Positions 25,344-30,777 of a stretch of DNA of 30,777 bases are shown piece after piece. The first letter of the stretch is position 1, and the number at the start of each line of letters is the position of its first letter. Where the stretch lies: the NCBI GenBank assembly GCA_034669905.1, contig JAXMOL010000071.1, positions 1 through 30,777 on the forward strand, written 5' to 3'. Below the pieces are notes generated by a model. The model was not told where the DNA came from. It saw nothing but the letters and a program-made list of their open reading frames with translations, and made no database searches. The DNA is from Candidatus Hydrogenedentota bacterium (GTDB taxonomy: Bacteria > Hydrogenedentota > Hydrogenedentia > Hydrogenedentales > JAEUWI01). A program made the position numbers and the translations under genes.

Positions 25344-26825
25344 TTATGTAATAAGCGTGGCCAGGGCGGCGTCGAAACGGGCGATGAGTTCGTCCACAGG
25401 CTCGAGGCCCACCGAGACCCGTATCAAATAGCGTGACACGCCATGGGTCTCCGCCCACGCCAATTCGGTATAGTGCGCGAGCAGTGTATAGGGGCACACG
25501 AGGGTGAAATTATTTCCCAGGCTGGGGCCTTTTGAGACCCCCAGGGCATCGTAAAAGGCCGGCGCGTGTTTTGCCTCATCCTGGAATATGATGGAGAACA
25601 GGCTGCCATAGCCTCCCTCAGGCCGACGCACTTCATCGTAGGCGGCCTTCATGGTGTAGCGGGGATAATACACTTCCTTCACCAACGGGTGGGCCTTCAG
25701 ATGCTCGCAGAGGACTTCGGCATTGCGATTCATCTCGGTCACCCGTGCAACAAAGTCCCGGGAATTCGCTTCCAGCACGATGGCGTCACCGTCCCAGAAC
25801 AGGGCATCGCCATGGGGCCCCAGGCCTGTGCGCAGGTCACCCGCCATTGGGCTTTCCGGATTGAGGACGATAGCACCGGCCATCACATCCCCTTCCCCGC
25901 TGAAGGCCTTGGTCAGACTGGTCACTACCATATCTGCATACGGAAAGAGTCGAACATTCACATAGGTGGCGGGCGTGTCATCCACGATAAGGGACACGCT
26001 GTGGGCACGGGCCAATGCACTCAAGTCACTGATACGGGTACCACCGAGAAGCGGATTACCTGGAAATTCACAGACAATCGCGCTGATGGGTTCCTGTGAA
26101 AGGATTTCCGCTACGGTATCCAGGTTGTAATCGGGGACAAAATGGGAACCGGGCCCCACGACGTTCTGCACCTTGTAGACGTCCACATAGGGGAAGCCCA
26201 ATTGAATACTGCGCGCTCCCGGCTGGCACTCCTGGGCGAGACGGAGGGCCCGACTCACGGCCGCCATCCCGGAAGGAAGCAACCAAACGTCTTCCGCACG
26301 GACGCCCGTACAGTCGGCGATTCGGGTGCGGATCAGCGTCTTGGCCTCGGCACCACCCTCGGGCGCTTCCTTTCCCTCCAACAAGGCCTCGGCCCTGCGG
26401 GAACTGATGATTTTTCCGAAGTGCTGCCAGTAGGCCTTGGCATCGTCAAAGGCGGCCTCTGGGAAAAAGACGGCGTGGACCCCAAGACCGGCTTCGGCCC
26501 CCAGACTACGCACGGCCCATCCGCGGCCCTGGAGGAATCGCACGCAACGGTCGGCGACGTCGGCGGCGGGAAAGGCCAGACAGCGTTCGCCCGCCTCACC
26601 CCACTGCGCTTCGAGACTCCGCAACAGGGCGGCTACCTTGGGATGAAAGACGAAACGCGGATAGCCCAGCTCCATGGCATTCAGAATATCGGAGCGCCCC
26701 TCTTCATAGCCCACCACATGATCCCAACAGGGGAGGGCGACCGACGTCGCATGGGGCGAATCCGGCAGGGGTTTGCCCAGATCTTCCGGGGCGCAACACG
26801 GATGGGTCATGAGATTTCGTGACAT
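25344..26825 (-). CDS. Cys/Met metabolism PLP-dependent enzyme, long Str2/Yll058w-like cystathionine gamma-synthase type
   Basis: N-terminal LGKPLPDSPHATSVALPCWDHVVGYEEG...GYPRF, then PSGMAAV, GFPYVD, EFPGNPLL, PLP lysine in SLTKAFSG, KGPSLG and IRVSVGLE. Alternative start ATG 26810. Confidence 0.85.
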   Translation of the reverse strand: MSRNLMTHPCCAPEDLGKPLPDSPHATSVALPCWDHVVGYEEGRSDILNAMELGYPRFVFHPKVAALLRSLEAQWGEAGERCLAFPAADVADRCVRFLQGRGWAVRSLGAEAGLGVHAVFFPEAAFDDAKAYWQHFGKIISSRRAEALLEGKEAPEGGAEAKTLIRTRIADCTGVRAEDVWLLPSGMAAVSRALRLAQECQPGARSIQLGFPYVDVYKVQNVVGPGSHFVPDYNLDTVAEILSQEPISAIVCEFPGNPLLGGTRISDLSALARAHSVSLIVDDTPATYVNVRLFPYADMVVTSLTKAFSGEGDVMAGAIVLNPESPMAGDLRTGLGPHGDALFWDGDAIVLEANSRDFVARVTEMNRNAEVLCEHLKAHPLVKEVYYPRYTMKAAYDEVRRPEGGYGSLFSIIFQDEAKHAPAFYDALGVSKGPSLGNNFTLVCPYTLLAHYTELAWAETHGVSRYLIRVSVGLEPVDELIARFDAALATLIT

Positions 26826-26975
26826 ACGGGGTGGGCTACCATTTCTAACGCTACGTGATTCGGCCTACTTCCAGTACCTGACGTATGCGCAGGTGCTCCG
26901 CTGGAAGGGCCATACAGTAGCACATCGGACAGCCATTCGCTCAAGTCCCCTGACGTATCGAAAGCGTACTCCCGG

Positions 26976-26990
26976 TGACAAATATTGTCA
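26976..26990. promoter_or_regulatory. Inverted repeat TGACAA-ATA-TTGTCA, candidate activator (enhancer) site
   Basis: Perfect 6-3-6 palindrome about 100 bp upstream of the sigma54 -24 element, in the divergent intergenic region. Confidence 0.55.
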
Positions 26991-27087
26991 TCCGTGCTCA
27001 TAAAAAGACGAACTATTGCAGATTCCGCCCGCCATAGGACTCTTCAAATACACCATAACCTCCTTGCTTTAAGAGACTTAGCATTAT

Positions 27088-27102
27088 TGGCACATAGATT
27101 GC
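27088..27102 (+). promoter_or_regulatory. Sigma54 (RpoN) -24/-12 promoter of the pilin gene
   Basis: TGGCAC-ATAGA-TTGC is an exact match to TGGCAC-N5-TTGC, 76 nt before the pilin ATG. Confidence 0.85.
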
Positions 27103-27178
27103 CTAAGATATTCACAGGTAAACAATGGGATACCCCAAACCAGGCTCCGCGTTACACGGAGAAGCAGGAGACGGGCTG

Positions 27179-27604
27179 ATGAAACGAAACAACGGCTTTA
27201 CACTGATCGAACTGATGATTGTCGTCGCGATTATTGCCATCATTATGGCCATCGCCATTCCGAACCTGCTCCGGTCCCGGGTTCAGTCCAATGAATCTGC
27301 CGCCATTCAGAACTTGCGCACCGTCATGAGTGCCCAGGTTGTCTACCAGGCCACGAACTACGCCTTCGCCACCAGTTTTGAAGACTTAACCCTGGCCGAC
27401 CCGTCCTTCCTGGCCGGCGACTGGGACCCTGCCCATGGTGGTTATCTCTTTGTCCTGGCCGGTGACGGCGACAGCTTCACCGTGAACGCTAATGCAAAAT
27501 CCTACGGCGTAACGGGAAACCATGGATATTTCACCGACACGTCGGGCGTAATACGCTATGCGGTCATGGCCGACGCCGATGCGGCAGCCACGCCCATCGG
27601 CTAA
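27179..27604 (+). CDS. pilA: Type IV pilin (probable major pilin, PilA-like)
   Basis: MKRNNG|FTLIELMIVVAIIAIIMAIAIPNLLRSRVQSNESAAIQNLRT with Glu5 and Pro22. AGGAG RBS at 27166-27170; has its own promoter and terminator. Confidence 0.88.
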   Translation: MKRNNGFTLIELMIVVAIIAIIMAIAIPNLLRSRVQSNESAAIQNLRTVMSAQVVYQATNYAFATSFEDLTLADPSFLAGDWDPAHGGYLFVLAGDGDSFTVNANAKSYGVTGNHGYFTDTSGVIRYAVMADADAAATPIG

Positions 27605-27627
27605 CGACACCCCCCATGCCCTATCCC

Positions 27628-27674
27628 GAAATACCCCGGCGCCAGGGGAGGCGAGCGCCGGGGTATTTCTTTTT
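27628..27674 (+). terminator. Strong Rho-independent terminator after the pilin
   Basis: Perfect 15-bp stem GAAATACCCCGGCGC / GCGCCGGGGTATTTC followed by TTTTT. Confidence 0.9.
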
Positions 27675-27757
27675 CGTTTGCAGCTTCAATAGGTCCATCG
27701 TGTAGACTGGTTGGGAGAACGCGTTGTTTGGCGGGTTGGACCAGAAAGGGCACACGG

Positions 27758-28861
27758 GTGGGCGAATCGGATCTGAAAGTATCATCGGGACAACGAACAA
27801 GCGAAATACCAGCGCCGACGTTGCCGTACCTCCCACCACGCCCCCAGCGCAACGACCATCGCATCGGCCTCATAGGCTGCGGTGGCATTACGACCTATCA
27901 CCTCGACGCCTATCGTGATGCAGGCTTTCAAACGGTTGCCTTCTGTGACATCGATATCGCAAGCGCGACGAAACGACGGGACACGTACAACCCCGACGGC
28001 CAGGTCTTCACGGACTACCGGGAACTCCTTGCCCTGCCTGAGATTACCGTGGTCGATATTGCGACCCACCCGGGCATTCGCGGCGAAATGATTGCCGCCG
28101 CCCTTCAAGCCGGCAAGCACGTCCTGAGTCAGAAACCCTTTTGTCTCGATCTGGACCAAGGAGAGCAACTTGTTGCCCTGGCCGAATCCAACGGCCTCCT
28201 ACTGGCCGTCAATCAAAATGGACGCTGGGCCCCCCACTTCAGTTATATGCGACACGCCGTCGCCGAGGGCCTCATTGGGGACGTGGAGGCCGTTCATCTT
28301 GGGGTCCACTGGGATCACACGTGGACTCAGGACACCGTATTCAACGATGTTTCCCACCTGATTCTCTATGACTTCGCCATCCACTGGTTCGACATGTTGT
28401 GCTGTATTATGGGAGACGCCCGCCCGCTACGGGTCTTCGCCTCCGAAGCCAGGACTCCTTCTCAGACCAACAAGCCCCCCATGCTGGGCCAGGTCCTGGT
28501 GGAATATGCACATGCCCAGGCGACCCTGGTATTTGATGCGGCCACGAAACATGGCGCGGCGGACCACAGTCGTATTGTGGGTGCCACGGGCACGCTGGAA
28601 AGCCACGGCCCCGACCTGAGCCACCAGACCGTGACGCTCTACCAGGAAGGGGGCATCGCCCATCCGACGCTGGAAGGCGAATGGTTCAAGAATGGCTTCG
28701 AAGGCACCATGGCCGAATTGCTGTGCGCCATTGAAGAGGACCGGGTCCCCAGCAACAATGCCCGTAACAATCTGGATAGCCTGGCGCTTTGCTTCGCGGC
28801 CATCGCCAGCGCGGAGAGCCACCAGCCCCAAAAGCCGGGCTCCGTACGCCGACTCCCCTGA
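27758..28861 (+). CDS. Gfo/Idh/MocA family NAD(P)-dependent oxidoreductase
   Basis: IGLIGCGGI, VVDIATHP, AGKHVLSQKP, AVNQNGRWAP and LYDFAIHWFD. Start is GTG 27758 or TTG 27728. Confidence 0.9.
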   Translation: MGESDLKVSSGQRTSEIPAPTLPYLPPRPQRNDHRIGLIGCGGITTYHLDAYRDAGFQTVAFCDIDIASATKRRDTYNPDGQVFTDYRELLALPEITVVDIATHPGIRGEMIAAALQAGKHVLSQKPFCLDLDQGEQLVALAESNGLLLAVNQNGRWAPHFSYMRHAVAEGLIGDVEAVHLGVHWDHTWTQDTVFNDVSHLILYDFAIHWFDMLCCIMGDARPLRVFASEARTPSQTNKPPMLGQVLVEYAHAQATLVFDAATKHGAADHSRIVGATGTLESHGPDLSHQTVTLYQEGGIAHPTLEGEWFKNGFEGTMAELLCAIEEDRVPSNNARNNLDSLALCFAAIASAESHQPQKPGSVRRLP

Positions 28862-29089
28862 GCGAAGCGCCCTGTCCTCTAACGTTATGACATCTGCCAG
28901 GAAATTTAAGCCACCAACAGAACTCAGGAGACAACGCGCGAATAGATCCAGCAGACACCATCTCATTGCAATCCTTTGCAGTCCGCGCTTTCAGTTCGTC
29001 GTTTTTCCGTGTAATTCTGTGCCTTCCGTGGTCGAAAATAGAAACCTATCGTTCATTTTAAGAGTAACACCCAAACGTCGGAGCAGCCC

Positions 29090-29995
29090 ATGATTCAAGT
29101 TGGTATCCTGAACGCCTATTTCCCCTATACCCTGGAAGAGAGCGCTCGCCGTATACGGGAGCATGGTTTTAACACGGTGCAACTGGACCTCGTCTTCAAG
29201 GACATGGAGCTTGGGGAAAAGGAAATCACGGCGGCAAAGTGCAAGAAGATTCGGGACACGTTCCGTCGGCACAACCTCCCCATTTGCTGTATTTCCGGCT
29301 ATACCAATCTCGTCCATCCGGACCCTGCCCGGCGGAAATCCAACCTGGACATGCTGAAGCAGATCATCCGCCACGCAGGTGAGCTCGGAACCCCCTACGT
29401 CATCAGCGAAACGGGCACCTTCGACCCCGACAGCGACTGGGTGCACCACGACAAGAACAAGACGGAAGACGGCTATGAAGCGTGCCGAGACGTCATTGGC
29501 GAACTCGTTCAGTGTGCCCGGGAACACGGCGCGACCTTTCTGGTCGAGACCTATGTTAACAACGTCATTGGCTCTATCGAGGAGACTCTCCGGCTCTTCG
29601 CCGATATCAATGACCCCTGCCTGGGCTTGCTGATGGACCCTACCAACTATTTCGAGACCCACAACATCGGCAATATGGATAAGCAGCTCCATGCCATCTT
29701 CGATGCCCTGTCTGATCGCATCAAAATTGCCCATGCGAAGGACGTGAAACTGGCCGAGACGGACCAGGGCGTGGTGCTCTCCAGTATCGACGCGGGCGAA
29801 GGGCACGCGCTCCAGGGCGTGGGCATGATTGAGCTCCCCCCCCCAGGCCTGGGCAGCCTCAACTACGACGTGTACCTGCAGCGACTCGCGAAAGATCACC
29901 CTAACATCCCGATTATCATCGAACACCTCGACGAATCGGATGTACCCCGCGCGAAGTCCTTTATCGATGGCAAATTGATGGCCCATGGGCTCTGA
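29090..29995 (+). CDS. Sugar phosphate isomerase/epimerase (xylose isomerase-like TIM barrel)
   Basis: GFNTVQL, GYTNLVHPD and ISETGT, metal ligands FLVE, MDPTN, AHAKD and IIEH, and PGLGSLNY. GGAG RBS. Confidence 0.88.
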   Translation: MIQVGILNAYFPYTLEESARRIREHGFNTVQLDLVFKDMELGEKEITAAKCKKIRDTFRRHNLPICCISGYTNLVHPDPARRKSNLDMLKQIIRHAGELGTPYVISETGTFDPDSDWVHHDKNKTEDGYEACRDVIGELVQCAREHGATFLVETYVNNVIGSIEETLRLFADINDPCLGLLMDPTNYFETHNIGNMDKQLHAIFDALSDRIKIAHAKDVKLAETDQGVVLSSIDAGEGHALQGVGMIELPPPGLGSLNYDVYLQRLAKDHPNIPIIIEHLDESDVPRAKSFIDGKLMAHGL

Positions 29996-30207
29996 AACCT
30001 GTCCATCGGGCAGCCTTCGGTAGGTTTGCAAAATTGGCCGGAGATAGTGTGTAGTATACAGATACGCAGAAAAGCGTCCGGCCCCCTTCGGCTGACCTTT
30101 CAAACGTCATACAAAGTGGATTCCCACCGGCTGAATTCACCAACACCGACCCGGTACGGAGAGAGCTTATTCCGTCACAGCGGTCCAACCCAGCGAGAAT
30201 TATTGTG

Positions 30208-30777
30208 ATGCGGTATTTACGTTTTCTGGGCGGCATATCCGCCTGTTTGGCCCTCCTCGGCCCGGGTGCCTACGCACAGACGGTCACCCCGGCTTCGGCA
30301 GACGATCTTCAGTTTTTTGAGTCCAAAGTTCGCCCGGTCCTCAGCCAACATTGCTACGGCTGTCACGGTGCTGAGAAGCAGAAGGGCGGTCTGCGCCTTG
30401 ATCACATTGAGACTATTCTCGCCGGAGGCGAATCGGGCCCGGCGCTCGTGGTGGGCGACACCGCCAAGAGCCGTATCAGTATGGCCATCTCCTATGAGCA
30501 CGTCGACTTTGAAATGCCCCCCAAAGGCCGCCTTCCTGAAGCGGACCGTAATGCACTGAACGAATGGATAACCCGTGGCGCGCCCTGGCCCGACGAACCC
30601 CTTCCGGAAAACAAGGGTGCCGTCGAAGCCTTCGACCTGGAAAAGCGCCGCTCCGAACACTGGGCATGGCAACCGATCACCCATCCCACCCCCCCGACGG
30701 TTACCGACCCGCGTTTCCAAAACCACCCGGTAGACCAATTCCTGGAAGCCCCCCGGGAAGCCCAGGGACTGGAGACC
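30208..30777 (+). CDS. Planctomycete-type cytochrome c domain protein (PSCyt1 + start of DUF1549/PSD1), truncated by the window edge
   Basis: Not in the ORF track because there is no stop in the window. My translation: MRYLRFLGGISACLALLGPGAYA|Q...FFESKVRPVLSQHCYGCHGAEKQKGGLRLD...GGESGPA...MPPKGRL...WITRGAPWP...HWAWQP...HPVDQFL. CYGCH is at 30352-30366. Confidence 0.9.
   Translation, partial: MRYLRFLGGISACLALLGPGAYAQTVTPASADDLQFFESKVRPVLSQHCYGCHGAEKQKGGLRLDHIETILAGGESGPALVVGDTAKSRISMAISYEHVDFEMPPKGRLPEADRNALNEWITRGAPWPDEPLPENKGAVEAFDLEKRRSEHWAWQPITHPTPPTVTDPRFQNHPVDQFLEAPREAQGLET

Noticed and set aside
26826..27010. Canonical SAM-I riboswitch or T-box upstream of the Met gene
   Set aside because: No AUCAAGAG/GCAACC/GUGC core and no T-box UGGNACC motif; only the SAH-like resemblance is reported.
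27197..27604. Electrically conductive pilin (14 of 135 residues are F/Y/W, about 10%)
   Set aside because: There is no aromatic residue between F1 and Y50, and the Geobacter-type aromatics at positions 24, 27 and 32 are absent.
1..30777. Prophage, IS element, defence system, CRISPR array, tRNA or rRNA
   Set aside because: I recognised no integrase, transposase, nuclease, cas or phage motifs, no regularly spaced repeats and no tRNA-like sequence. This was by eye; tRNAscan-SE, Rfam and DefenseFinder would confirm.

Overview
A GC-rich, gene-dense bacterial chromosomal window with 24 CDSs, the last truncated at the right edge. I saw no rRNA, tRNA, CRISPR array, integrase or transposase. From left to right: a secreted heparinase II/III-type lyase; a translationally coupled type IV filament cassette (PilV-, PilW- and PilX-like minor pilins plus two tandem PilC/GspF platform paralogues); a DUF2339 membrane protein overlapping a CCA-adding enzyme; a receiver / FHA-GAF-histidine kinase / DUF3616 operon; a GT39-like glycosyltransferase; a TPR-TM-LRR protein; a PVC-type heme c dehydrogenase; a thioredoxin-like + double-YHS Cys-rich fusion; an MFS / RmlD-like / DegT trio; a fungal Str2-like cystathionine gamma-synthase with a nitrilase-family gene and a structured leader; a sigma54-driven pilin; a Gfo/Idh/MocA dehydrogenase and a TIM-barrel epimerase; and a planctomycete-type cytochrome c. 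The gene style suggests Candidatus Hydrogenedentota or a PVC-like lineage (inference only). All family assignments come from recognising motifs by eye, not from database searches. The best leads are the SAH-riboswitch-like leader of the Str2-like gene, the twin-PilC minor pilin cassette, and the thioredoxin/YHS fusion.
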